Source of the DNA: a bacterium
GTDB taxonomy: Bacteria > Hinthialibacterota > Hinthialibacteria > Hinthialibacterales > Hinthialibacteraceae
Length of the DNA stretch: 64,000 nt
Direction: 5' to 3'
Assembly (NCBI GenBank): GCA_963662285.2
Contig: CAXXMV010000006.1
Span: 640,001 to 704,000 of the forward strand
Shown here: piece by piece, positions 53,001 to 62,798 of the stretch
How the letters are laid out: the number at the start of each line of letters is the position of its first letter
Position numbering within the stretch: position 1 is the first letter of the stretch
Made by a program: the position numbers and the translations under genes
The notes under the pieces: model-generated
The model's database searches: none
What the model saw: only the letters and a program-made list of their open reading frames with translations
What the model was told of the DNA's origin: nothing

Positions 53001-53216
53001 TCAATCATCGGCTTCTGGCTTATCCTGATGACCTGGTATGGGGTTAATTTTATATTGGCTTCGGGTTTGCATAGCTATGGATTCGGCGCGGGTGGAACCA
53101 TTTATATCATTATCTTTATGATTGTTGAAACCCTGTTCCTGATTATTGTTGGCGTTAAATATCTCATCGCTATATTTAAGGGTGGTTATTGTCTGAATCA
53201 GGATGACCAGGATTAA
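50097..53216 (+). CDS. System II cytochrome c biogenesis protein, ResB/CcsB-like fused to CcsA
   Basis: THLG, IYMNNPL..YQSSY; GRYKP; APVSNMYES, LQPVLRSNYWL, WAAESWGRFWGWDPKETW, GLHSY. Confidence 0.88.
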   Translation: MTKYILSTIRFLSSTKLAVVLLVGLTIILSIATFYESSTSASDAQRLFYKSFWFNILLFLLGLNVLCSALIRWPWKKQQIGFVITHLGIILILIGAVITSTTGIEGQLALIEGQTGDSITIPESVFTVKAPRLKVQQDFDPWFLESPIPDGKEILFNVDQTAINCYITRLLFNPRVIEHVTENGHVDNPAVQIKFHHSGQSMSEAHEWLLANSAQRNQLNLGAGSIVFKRIQSQAEMQSILDSTKAPTNQFTILLNESNQLSYISFDSSGNAKNNQITLEKIIETPWPSLKISVEKLYPKAQISQELIDADDQMGGGHPLPLAQARIEYQGQSQQLNIFYNRPETITIAGETVEIEFGQKQVPLGFSIQLIDFQAPRYPGTNRPSRFQSQVKLIDKSQGINEERLIYMNNPLAYNGFLVYQSSYEEGVNGRPDTSIFSVALAPGTPLVYLGSFVLCCGMAFMFFRKMKRKQENILTNQGQGVGSIVRRSLLLLGLMAIIIPTVQAVEVPKNLNYDIVRSIPILEGGRYKPLGTFAGESMQEITGRWKFNKTDPMAYLCAMMISQEWYNEPLIKINYHALKEMLGYKPERTHFSYKELVSNQQFMDLVERIRQRMMMHTELTRLETELTIVYNKLELFDQIQTGEALTIVPATGDDEEKPWLPIIKPSDYPQETQQELHTVFVHLLDAAKADDAAMFNKYGLELKNILAGLNNELYPPIIDIEREVVYNSSRPFLKSWIFYLLSFLMFLASFYFMKSRPLYWGAMAVCLIGFSYNTWGLIFRGMIAHRAPVSNMYESVIFVGWGILLFALIYELIYRARWFGAPASLLGVCTLILADILPFDPNIEPLQPVLRSNYWLITHVLTITLSYSAFLLAMGLAHINLAVYFYIPNRKDLLNNLSLFLYRILQAGVILLAAGTLLGGVWAAESWGRFWGWDPKETWALISLLGYMAILHARFTDWIADYGTAVCSIIGFWLILMTWYGVNFILASGLHSYGFGAGGTIYIIIFMIVETLFLIIVGVKYLIAIFKGGYCLNQDDQD

Positions 53217-53237
53217 AGGATATGCAGGATTTCCGTT

Positions 53238-53317
53238 TAGGGCAACCATGAAGGATTGCCCCTACTTGTTATCGTTGGTGGATTTTTGATGGGTCGGTGA
53301 AGCGTGACCCATCCTAC
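53238..53317 (-). repeat. Two GTAG-type REP palindromes
   Basis: TAGGGCAACCATGAAGGATTGCCCCTAC and GATGGGTCGGTGAAGCGTGACCCATCCTAC. Confidence 0.75.
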
Positions 53318-53413
53318 GCATTGGTGGATTTTTGGTTAAGGTATCTTATAGTGGTTATCATGAATAAACCTATTCATGATAACCACTTTTTTCGTCATTT
53401 CTTCCCTATTCAA

Positions 53414-55270
53414 TCAAAACATCTTCTTCAAGACGCCAACTTCTATGTTGCTGGGGTATTTTGCAGAGCGATATATGCTGTTAGTTACTTTGATGAAATC
53501 ATCTTGATCCGCTTCAAAAATATTGGGGACGTATTTCTGTGGATTGCGGTCGATAAACGGGAACCAGGTGCTTTGTACGTGAACCATGATCCGGTGTCCG
53601 CGCTTGAAGTTGTGTAAGACATCCCACAACTCAAATGATACTTCGGTAATTTCATTTGGGTTAAATGGCTTGGGTTTCTCGTAACTTTCGCGGAAGCGGC
53701 CCCGGAAGGCTTCAGCGCGAATTAAGGCTTGTTGAGCCGACTTTTCTTCCAAATCATCTGGATATACATCAATCAATTTTACGATCCAATCCGAATCGGT
53801 TCCGGTGGTGGAAACGAATAGATTGGCTTGGATGGTTCCAGCCAGCGTTACGTCTTCTTCGAGAATGTCTGTTTGATACACCAATACATCCGGCCTGCGG
53901 GATGCGAAGCGTTGGTCTTCTGTGTAAAAGGTGTTGTTTATAAACTGCGAATTATCCTTGGTATGGGGAACAGGTTTGGCGGGATCGCTGATATAAGAAT
54001 CAAGAGCCTTGGAACCTTCTTTGGGTTTGTTAAATGACAACGCCCCGTTTTTGTTGAAATAGAATTTGGTTCTCTCAGCCGATTTGGGCGGCCATTGATC
54101 GAAATGCCGCCAACGATTGGCGCCGGTTTCAAACATTAAGGCTTCGGGAAGGTTGAGTTCGCCTGCTTCATCTTTTAAGTAATGCTTAAAGAATTGTAAG
54201 TCGACGTTGTTCTTGAAATACTCAGAGGTGGGGAATCCAAAATCTGCATCGCCCAACTCGCTTCCCTGGTCGCCAAGCCATCCACCATGGCGCCACGGCC
54301 CCATGACCAGCATGTTAAAGATATCTGGATTCTCCTGCTCAATCTTCTCATAGGTTTTTAATGGCCCGAATAGGTCTTCGCGGTCGTACCATCCGCCGAC
54401 CACCATAACCGCCGCTTTGATGTTTTTGAGATGAGGCCGGATATTGCGTTTCTGCCAGAACGAGTCGTAATTGGGATGTTGCGTTACATTAGTCCATAAT
54501 TTGGATTTCTTTTCAAAATAGGATTTATCAACATTTTTCAATGGCCCTACATCCATAAAGAATTTGTATGCATCGGTTGTTTCGATTTCATAGATGGGAT
54601 CAGACCATTCATCAACAAGCCCTTCCCGTTTTTGCGGAACTCTATTGAGAAAGCCAAACCAATGATTAAGTAAATAGGCGCCGTGATGGTAAACATCATC
54701 CCAACAAAAATCCGTAACCGGCGCTTGCGGGGAGACCGCTTTTAAGGCGGGGTGAGAATCTATAGAACCGGCTGACGCGTAAAAACCGGGATAGGATATT
54801 CCCCATTGCCCGACTTTTTCATTATGATTGGGGATATTATTCAGGAGCCATTCAATCGTATCATAAGTATCAGTACTTTCATCGATATCTTTATTGCTTT
54901 TCTTGTCAGCGATATGCGGAGTCATGTGAACAAACTCACCCTCCGACATAAAACGCCCCCTTACATCCTGATAGACGAATATAAAGCCTTCTTTCTCGAA
55001 CGCGCCATGCGGACTGATAGCGCCCCGGTATTGATCGGGTCCATAGGGGCCAACGCTATATGGGGTGCGTAACAGTAATATTGGATATTTTTTATAGACA
55101 TCGTTGGGAGTATAAATTGAGGTGAATAGTTTCACCCCGTCACGCATGGGGATGCGGCATTCATACTTAGTGTAATTAGCGCGGATATAATCCGCCCGTT
55201 CATCCGCTTGAACTAAACCAAATTGCATACAAAACAAGAAGAGACAAACATACAAAACTTGTTTTTTCAT
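53414..55270 (-). CDS. CocE/NonD family hydrolase (secreted)
   Basis: IPMRDGVKL, RTPY, QDVRGRFMSEG, WGISYPG, GGWYDRED, GPWRHG. Confidence 0.92.
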   Translation of the reverse strand: MKKQVLYVCLFLFCMQFGLVQADERADYIRANYTKYECRIPMRDGVKLFTSIYTPNDVYKKYPILLLRTPYSVGPYGPDQYRGAISPHGAFEKEGFIFVYQDVRGRFMSEGEFVHMTPHIADKKSNKDIDESTDTYDTIEWLLNNIPNHNEKVGQWGISYPGFYASAGSIDSHPALKAVSPQAPVTDFCWDDVYHHGAYLLNHWFGFLNRVPQKREGLVDEWSDPIYEIETTDAYKFFMDVGPLKNVDKSYFEKKSKLWTNVTQHPNYDSFWQKRNIRPHLKNIKAAVMVVGGWYDREDLFGPLKTYEKIEQENPDIFNMLVMGPWRHGGWLGDQGSELGDADFGFPTSEYFKNNVDLQFFKHYLKDEAGELNLPEALMFETGANRWRHFDQWPPKSAERTKFYFNKNGALSFNKPKEGSKALDSYISDPAKPVPHTKDNSQFINNTFYTEDQRFASRRPDVLVYQTDILEEDVTLAGTIQANLFVSTTGTDSDWIVKLIDVYPDDLEEKSAQQALIRAEAFRGRFRESYEKPKPFNPNEITEVSFELWDVLHNFKRGHRIMVHVQSTWFPFIDRNPQKYVPNIFEADQDDFIKVTNSIYRSAKYPSNIEVGVLKKMF

Positions 55271-55352
55271 GATACGGTTCCTCCTTTAATGTAATTATCC
55301 ATACTTTATTATGGTTCCATGCTGCATTTTCTTTTACAAGAGTGGTCATTAT

Positions 55353-55390
55353 CAACCCTCTCCTAACCTCTCCCAATCTTGGGAGAGGGA
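55353..55390 (-). repeat. Repeat family B variant
   Basis: CAACCCTCTCCTAACCTCTCCCAATCTTGGGAGAGGGA. Confidence 0.7.
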
Positions 55391-55578
55391 TGTATGATTA
55401 AAGTGTTTTCAAGAACTAAGTCTAAACGATCTAAATGTCTATGTATCATAACCCCTCTCCCCCAAGCCTGGGGGAGAATTCAAGTGTATGAACCGGGCAC
55501 ATCCTTTACAGAATAAACCGGGCACATGGTTTACACAAGTCGATACTAAGAACCGACCAGAAGAAAGGAGTCGGTTCG

Positions 55579-56790
55579 ATGACTTGGAAGGAAAACAGTG
55601 CCATGGATGCAAGAATGAAATTTATTGCGGATGTCCTCCGCAAAGAAGACACACTAAGCGCCTTATGCCAAGCATATGGCATTAGTAGACCAACCGGATA
55701 TAAATGGATCAAGCGCTATCAGGAAGACGGTCCTGGTGGATTGGAGGAGCGATCCCGGGCGCCCCATACCCAAGCACTAGCCGTTTCTAAAGAGACCGAA
55801 AAAGAAGTGAAGGCTATGCGAAAAAAGTTTCCGCACTACGGTCCTAAAAAATTACGGGTGGAACTGAAAAAAAAGGATGCGACGAAGCACTGGTCGGCAA
55901 CCAGTACGATTGGCGAGATACTAAAACGCAAAAATCTGATTGTCAGCCGCAAGCAAAAAGATCGCGCCAAACCAAGTGGTGAAGCGTTAACCGAATTCGA
56001 CCAAGTGAACCGCGTATGGTGCGCGGATTTCAAAGGAGATTTTCTAACGGGAGACGAACATCGATGTTTCCCTTTAACCGTATCGGAAGGGGCTAGCCGC
56101 TATTTACTCTGCTGCCAAGGCATGCAAGAAACCAATGGCGCATTGGTACGCGTAATTTTCGAGCAGATTTTTCGCGAGTATGGTTTACCAGAAGTCATTC
56201 GAACGGATAACGGGGCGCCCTTTGCGTCGACCGGAATCGGAGGGTTAACCAAATTATCCGTGTGGTGGATAAAACTGAGAATTTATCCAGAACGAATCCA
56301 GCCGGGTCGGCCTCAACAAAATGGCCGTCATGAGCGAATTCACCGGACCTTGAAAGCAGAGGCCATTTCTCCACCAGCGCCAACGCTGCGTGAACAACAA
56401 AAACGTTTTGATCAATTTCAAAAAGTGTACAACGAAGAGCGGCCTCATGAGAGTTTGGGACAACGACCTCCCGCGCAGTTGTATCAACCCTCGCCGCGCG
56501 TCTATTCAGGTAAAGCGCCGAATTGGGAGTATCCAGAGACCATGCAGGTGCGCCAAGTGAAAACCCATGGTGAAATCAGTTGGCGAAGCAAGCATTGGTA
56601 TTTGGGGGAAGCTTTGGGAGGTGAATTGGTGGGACTAGAGGAATTGGAAGAGAATAATTGGCGCATTAGTTTGGGTAACGTGATTCTCGGTTGGTTGAAT
56701 ATGTCAAAAGGTGAGGTGGTGCGTGAATTGTCTTTGAGACGCATCAATCATCCAAAAGCAATCAGTCACCCGGCAGTATGTCCCAGGTAA
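55579..56790 (+). CDS. IS481-family transposase
   Basis: MTWKE, ISRPTGYKWIKRY, WCADFKG, DNGAPF, PQQNGRHERIHRTLK, YNEERPHESL. Confidence 0.95.
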   Translation: MTWKENSAMDARMKFIADVLRKEDTLSALCQAYGISRPTGYKWIKRYQEDGPGGLEERSRAPHTQALAVSKETEKEVKAMRKKFPHYGPKKLRVELKKKDATKHWSATSTIGEILKRKNLIVSRKQKDRAKPSGEALTEFDQVNRVWCADFKGDFLTGDEHRCFPLTVSEGASRYLLCCQGMQETNGALVRVIFEQIFREYGLPEVIRTDNGAPFASTGIGGLTKLSVWWIKLRIYPERIQPGRPQQNGRHERIHRTLKAEAISPPAPTLREQQKRFDQFQKVYNEERPHESLGQRPPAQLYQPSPRVYSGKAPNWEYPETMQVRQVKTHGEISWRSKHWYLGEALGGELVGLEELEENNWRISLGNVILGWLNMSKGEVVRELSLRRINHPKAISHPAVCPR

Positions 56791-56916
56791 AAAATGAGCT
56801 AGGGAAGTATCAAGATGATGAATAATTCAGGTATTAATTTTCCTGAGATTGAATCCAGATCGTCTCTTTTTCGAGAAAATCAAAGAGCGCACGGGTGAAA
56901 AAAAAGGTGGCAATAT

Positions 56917-57119
56917 CGGGGGCGCCGCCCCCGTACCCCCGGAGTTTTTTTAGGCATTAGCACAAACTCCAGATAGTATGCAAAAAAAAGCAAAGGGACG
57001 GTTCTAAATCCGTCCCTTTAGCGACTATCCGTCGCCCGTGCACCAGGATATCCCTTGACAGGTTGCTCTCCAGCAGAGCCTGTCTCCGTTTCTCCTGGTG
57101 ATAATAACTATCGGATAGC
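56917..57119 (-). ncRNA. Candidate structured ncRNA homologous to 15268-15426, antisense to the transposase
   Basis: Minus strand CACCAGGA-GAAACGGA-GACAGG-CTCT-GCTGG-AGAG-CAA-CCTGTC-AAGGGATA-TCCTGGTG, then a hairpin and ATGCCT-A7-CTC. Confidence 0.6.
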
Positions 57120-57329
57120 TCGAAATAATCTGTAGAAAAAGAAGTAAAAAAACAGTTCTAGCAAGTAAGCAATTCAGAATACGTTGATATACCTGAAAAC
57201 GGATTATCTCTTTAAAAAAACAGATAAGTTGCCATAATTTGCGAGACAAAAGTGTAAACCATGTGCCCGGTCTAAAGTGTAAACTATGTGCCCGGTCATT
57301 CACAAGGAGGGGGTTGATTGGTCTAAACG

Positions 57330-57368
57330 CAACCCCCCTCTAACTCCCCCCAGGCTTGGGGGGAGAAT
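57330..57368 (-). repeat. Repeat family B variant
   Basis: CAACCCCCCTCTAACTCCCCCCAGGCTTGGGGGGAGAA; similar to 23301-23335 and 55451-55478. Confidence 0.7.
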
Positions 57369-57412
57369 TCTATGTTTCAAGACTTAATAGGATGCCTATT
57401 TTATATGTCGAA

Positions 57413-59332
57413 CTACTCTAGTTCTTTATCTGCCATTTCCGGGAAAATAAGGGTGAATGCCGTGCCTTCTCCCAGTTCGCTTTCAACTTTGATATCTCCG
57501 CCGTGGCTTTGTAGGATGCCGTAACTGACGCTTAAGCCCAGGCCGGTTCCCTTGCCAACCGGTTTGGTGGTGAAGAAGGGATCAAAAACCTTGGCGATAT
57601 TTTCCTCAGACACGCCGCAGCCGGAATCGGCGACAGTTAGCATTATATTTTGAGACTCGGCGTCATGGGAGGAGGTGATTGATAAGCGCCCTCCTTTCGG
57701 CATTGCTTCGCAGGCGTTGAGGAATAGATTGAGCAGCACTTGTTGAATCTGGTTTTTATCCGCATTGACCGCTGGCAGAGAATCGTCCAGGTCTAGTTCA
57801 GTGATGATATCGCGGAACTCTTTTTGATTGCGCAGCAAATTAAGGGTCTGTTTTACAACCTCATTGAGATTGAGCGACTCACGGGTGGAGGGCGACTCGC
57901 GGGCGAAATCCAACAAGCCCCGGATTATTTCCCGCACCCTGGTGGTCTCTTTGATGATAACATCTACGTCTTCTTTATCCTGCTGGTTCAGGTTTTCATT
58001 TTGGTGCAGCAAGTGGGCGAAGGTGAGGACGCCGGTGAGTGGATTGTTGATCTCGTGGGCGATGCCCGCCGCCAGGCGTCCGATAGAAGCCAATTTTTCG
58101 CTTTGGCCGATCTGTCTTTGAGTGGTCTGTTTCAGTTGGTTCTCTCTATCGCTGACGGCGTCGGCCATTTTATTGATGACATCGCACAGTTGCCCCATCT
58201 CGCCCGATGGTTTGATATTAATGCGCGCCGACAGGTCGCCTTTGATCAATTTTTTAGACATTTGGATTATTAATCCAATCGGTTTCAAAATATGCCTGGC
58301 GGTTAATCCCAGAAGCAGGAGGCTGACTGTAGTGGTAATGATTACCATGATCAGGAAGAAAATGATGATTATATTGCGCGTACTTTGGAAAGGTTTTTCC
58401 GGGATGCCGACATATAATGCGCCGATGATTTTATTATCAGGGTCTTTGATGGGTTCGTAGGCGGTAATATACCAATCGTTGACCACGAAAGCCCGGTTAG
58501 CCCAGATTTCACCTTTTTCAATAACCTTCCGGTAAACTTCAGCGCTTAGCCGCGTGCCGATGGCTCTCGAGCCATCAGTGTTGAGGACATTGGTGGATAT
58601 GCGAAGGTCTCCCATGAAGATAGTGGCCATGCCGTTCTGTTTGTTTTGGCGGAGATCGTTTTGAAAGAATTCGTCTTGGATGGCGTCGACGATCTCATTG
58701 CGGCGGTTGAGTAGATTGGCGCCATAGAGAATTCCGGTTAACCGGTGATTTTGAGGGTCTATGATGGGAACCGCTGCGGCGGAAATCATTCCATTTTGTT
58801 CAGTTGTCTTGTCCGACGGCAGCGCGGCAGGGGTGTCTTTAATCTGTATGAAGGCGCGCCGGGCGAGGTCTTCACTTTCACGTTGCAACTCTTGCCGGGA
58901 AAGGATTATAGTTCCAGAGGCTGGTTTTTGATTTTGTAAAACACGGGCTAAGATGAGATTGGTAGATAAATCATCTCCCGAAGAAGTGGGATTATGAGCG
59001 CGAAAGATGACTTGACCGTCATTACCAATATATGTAAGAATGTCGAATGGTTCTTCCATATTATGGAATGCGGTATCGATGATTTTATGGAAATTAACTG
59101 GAGATAACGGTTCGCTCTCTTGATGAATAGACAGGATATGAAGGATGCGTTCCATTTCAGCCAGCCGGTTGTCGTAGGATCGACGGGCGGAATTCAAGTC
59201 GAGCCGGATGCGGGTTTGCACTTCATTAATCAGGACATCCCCTACCCGCATGATGGTGATTAAGGCAAAGAGCGAATTGGCGACCAGAATGATGGATATT
59301 ATCCAGAGCGTGAGACGGAAACGTATTGTCAT
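57413..59332 (-). CDS. Cache-HAMP sensor histidine kinase (NtrB-like)
   Basis: [58 protein letters not shown]. Confidence 0.93.
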   Translation of the reverse strand: MTIRFRLTLWIISIILVANSLFALITIMRVGDVLINEVQTRIRLDLNSARRSYDNRLAEMERILHILSIHQESEPLSPVNFHKIIDTAFHNMEEPFDILTYIGNDGQVIFRAHNPTSSGDDLSTNLILARVLQNQKPASGTIILSRQELQRESEDLARRAFIQIKDTPAALPSDKTTEQNGMISAAAVPIIDPQNHRLTGILYGANLLNRRNEIVDAIQDEFFQNDLRQNKQNGMATIFMGDLRISTNVLNTDGSRAIGTRLSAEVYRKVIEKGEIWANRAFVVNDWYITAYEPIKDPDNKIIGALYVGIPEKPFQSTRNIIIIFFLIMVIITTTVSLLLLGLTARHILKPIGLIIQMSKKLIKGDLSARINIKPSGEMGQLCDVINKMADAVSDRENQLKQTTQRQIGQSEKLASIGRLAAGIAHEINNPLTGVLTFAHLLHQNENLNQQDKEDVDVIIKETTRVREIIRGLLDFARESPSTRESLNLNEVVKQTLNLLRNQKEFRDIITELDLDDSLPAVNADKNQIQQVLLNLFLNACEAMPKGGRLSITSSHDAESQNIMLTVADSGCGVSEENIAKVFDPFFTTKPVGKGTGLGLSVSYGILQSHGGDIKVESELGEGTAFTLIFPEMADKELE

Positions 59333-59662
59333 AATTATGGTTTAGATCTTATGGTTTAGAATTCTAGTACTGTTTAAGCATAGCATTTATATTATTACAT
59401 CCTGAGGCGCCGGTTTTTAATAATGACGGATTTTATGGATTTTTGCTTCTGAATCAATCATGAATCCGGCGTAACAGTTGAGGAGATGAAAAACAAAGGC
59501 GCGGAAAATCAAAACTGCTCTAACCAAGTCATAATAATTATGTATTATAGTCATATAGAGTGAGTTTTGAAGAAATTGTTGGTTCAAATGTATAAATCGG
59601 GACATGCAATCGGTATAGTTTTATCAATTTTTCTAAAAGTATGAAATAGGAGTTTATATTCG

Positions 59663-60228
59663 ATGAGAAACAATGGCTCAAATGGTTTTACTTTGATTGA
59701 ACTATTGATAGTTGTGGCGATTATAGGCATTTTGGCGGCTATTGCGGTGCCCAATTTCTTGAATGCGCAGGTAAGAGCCAAAGTCAGCAGAGTTTTCGCC
59801 GACCTTCGGTCTTTGGGGAACGCCATCGAGATGTATACCATCGATAATAATACTCAACCAGGGGAGAATTGTGGAATAGCGGAACCAAATGGTGGCAGAA
59901 GCATTCATACCGATTCCATGTCCTTACTACGCCCGTATCTTATATGTCATCCATACCCATCGATCCGTTTCAGACCGCAACGCCGCAAAGCATCATGCCA
60001 TCTTTGGGCGATATCTGGGATGGGGCATACGTCTATGATGATGTCAGTCGAACCGGGCAAACCATGAATGTTTATGGACGATCCTATAAATATACCATCC
60101 GCAGCCCGGGACCGGCTTTGGATTGGAGTCTGGCCCATGCCTCATACGTTAACTATTTTTGTATGTCCAACGGCTTGAGGAGCCAAGGCGTTATTGCATG
60201 GCTCGGACCGGGGGGGACGATATTTTAG
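59663..60228 (+). CDS. Prepilin-type protein, frameshifted at the G4 run 59861-59864
   Basis: GFTLIELLIVVAIIGILAAIAVPNF; one extra G joins it to LTTPVSYMSSIPIDPF..SPGP..SNGLRSQG. Confidence 0.8.
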
Positions 60229-60236
60229 GTGGTTTT

Positions 60237-60392
60237 GGTGGGCTACGCTTCGCTTTTAGCCCACCATACTTTCGGGGGGACTACGGTTGAAAATAGGTGG
60301 TTTTGGTGGGTCGGTGAGGCGTGACCCACCCTACTTTCTTTTGTGACAGAAGTGGCTTTGGTGGGCTACGCTTCGCTTTTAGCCCACCCTAC
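60237..60392 (-). repeat. Three tandem GTAG-type REP palindromes
   Basis: Copies at 60237-60269, 60305-60334 and 60360-60392 (GGTGGG...CCCACC(C/A)TAC). Confidence 0.75.
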
Positions 60393-60585
60393 ATTGTTGT
60401 AACCGCTTGGTGATAACCTGCGATTAGATGTATATTGCCTCGAAATTAAAAATAAGCAGAAAACAATAGAAAATAATAGAAAAGTCTTTGTGGAAGTTGA
60501 AAAGGTTTTGAGACGATCTCCTTGTGGACGACCGAACAAACATATAACTCAACTGACTATGACAGTAATTCAAGGGGAGAAACTC

Positions 60586-62774
60586 ATGCGTAAAAAATTT
60601 GTATTTTATTTATTCTTGTTCTCAATAAGCTTGGTCATACTAGAGACCAATAGTTATGCCAACGACAACGCAATAAATCCAAACGCCCCGATAGGCCAAC
60701 CGGGACTCTCAGTCCAATACCGTATTGATTCATCTGGAGACATCCCTGTATCGATGGTTGAGACTTTCATCCTAAGCCTCGGCGTAGTAGAACAAATAGA
60801 TAAACAACCTTTCCAATGGATTCAACTCAGCGCTACTAAAGCTAACCATGAAAAATTCGCGCTATCGATTCTCGCAAAAAATTATCCATCGGCGAATATT
60901 GAAGAAGCCCAAACCTCCATCGCCCGTTATCTCCTCAAAGAAGGCGACAGGGAAACCATAGAGTTTCGTCATGAATTCACCGGACAGGTTGTCCTGCCAA
61001 TCCTGGGCGCCTGGGAATATCTTATCCCGCAACCAATCAAGCAACTTTCATCTAATAATCCATTCCCCAAAACTCTACGCTATTTGGGACATCAATACCT
61101 GCTCGATAATCAACAAAAATCCCGAACTTTCACGCCTCCCGCTCAAACTAAAGTTATTGCGCTTCTGCCGGATGCGTTGATCGGCGTTCCCCATAATACC
61201 AAGCAAAAAGATACTACACGGCTTTATGATGATTCTGATTATGAATTGATCCGACTCACCCAAGACGATTTCAACGAAATGATCGAAGCGGGTATGAATT
61301 GCTTTCGAGCGGATAAAGATGATATAGCATGGCTTGAATACCGCAACGTATATTACTGGGGAATCAGCGCCGCTGATATGCCCTATCCCGAATACCTTTA
61401 CCGCAGCAACTACCTTGGTCCGATACTGTTTTTGGATGAACCGGGAGTCTGCACCAGGGATCATGTAATCCGCCCGCGGTTACGTAAAGACCAGCAATTC
61501 CGCAAGTCAATTACGCCGCAAACCTGCTATGAAGATTTTCAAAATTCTTTGACGAAGCCAAAAACCAGAAGAATCCGACCTTACTGCTTAAGCAATTAAC
61601 CTCGCGCCCTGATGTAAATATCGGCGATATGGATTTCCTACAGCAAAATCTTTACAGTTGGGAAACCATTGTCAGCACAGCCTTACATCAGCTGGGCGCT
61701 GATAAACGAGGACCGCCTTCATCAATCGTCTTCGAACCTCCCGGACGCGTTGGAACCACCAGGACGTTGCCGGAATTCAATATGGCGTATCAATGTCAAA
61801 TCCCAATCGACAGCCCCAAAAATCTGCTCGATATCATTTATGGATTTCTACGCGGCGCCGCCCGGTCAACCGACAAGGGTTGGGGAACCAGCATCTATGG
61901 TTCAGTCAACCGTGATGACGCTTTCTGGTTTTTTACCCACGCCTACGACCTGGGCGCTGAGAAATTCTTCTTCTGGGATTCACACCGTCTGGCCTGTGTA
62001 CCCTATGACGACTGTCTGGCCGTCACCAGAAACCTGCGCAACCATATCAACCATTATCCCCGCAGAGATTCCGCTAAATTAAAACACGCAGCTGAGGTCG
62101 CCATATTACTACCAGCTGGTTATAACCTGGGGCACGTCCACCTGGGCCGGGGAAACCTATGGGGTCTGGGAGAACTGAACCTGGAGCGCCTTAACCAAAA
62201 AGGCGTGAAATACCGCACCGTCATGCATAATTTCTTCACCGAAATTGAACGCTGCATCCGCATGGGAATTGCATTCGATCTGCTGTGGGATATCGAATCA
62301 TTCAATCCATCCGGCTACCGGGAAATTGTACGCGTTCATGAAGACGGCAAGGTAGAAGTCAAAACAAATGGTCAATCCGCCATCCACCAAGGCGCCAGAA
62401 TTCCCGCTCGTCCACGAGGCGACGCCCCGCAGATTGCGGTTGAAATTACATCCAGTGGCAAGGCGCCGCTGGAAATTACCGCTCAAGCCCGCTTAACCGA
62501 AGGCTCATCGCTGATTTATTATACTCCGGGTTCTAATGCCAAAGGCGTCTATATCAACACCAAGGTTCTGTGGGAATTATATGGACCACAAGATGAAGAT
62601 TACCAAACCTTATCTCATGCATTCAACAAAGTTGATATCAAAGACGATGGCGATCAAAGCCTCGTCGAGGTAAAATTCAAAATCGAACAACCTGGGAAAT
62701 ACCGCTTGCGGGCAGCTGCCTGCGACATGGCGGGACGTACAACCGTAGTATGGAAAGAGATTACGATCAATTGA
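60586..62774 (+). CDS. Large secreted hypothetical protein, frameshift at the A4 run 61541-61544
   Basis: Signal peptide MRKKFVFYLFLFS after GGGGAG; one extra A joins ORFs 60490-61599 and 61629-62774. Confidence 0.65.
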
Positions 62775-62798
62775 TGATATTTCCTAAGAGGTTTCTGT

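Larger units (their letters stand above)
55485..57304 (+). mobile_element. IS481-family element, second family (~1820 bp), inserted in a family B variant repeat
   Basis: Left end TGTATGAACCGGGCACAT with tandem repeat; right end has two TGTAAACYATGTGCCCGGT; possible CAAG duplication; right boundary uncertain by about 2 nt. Confidence 0.88.

Noticed and set aside
57041-57100. IS-borne motif as a hairpin or hammerhead ribozyme, or a T-box
   Set aside because: ACCAG..AGAAAC..CCTGGT superficially recalls hairpin loop B, but the GUAUAUUAC strand is absent, and I found no CUGAUGA core or T-box sequence
59663-60228. Diversity-generating retroelement target
   Set aside because: No reverse transcriptase and no template/variable repeat pair seen in the window
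60237-60392. Tandem palindromes as a CRISPR array
   Set aside because: Units differ in sequence and spacing, end in (C/A)TAC like GTAG REPs, recur singly elsewhere, and there are no cas genes
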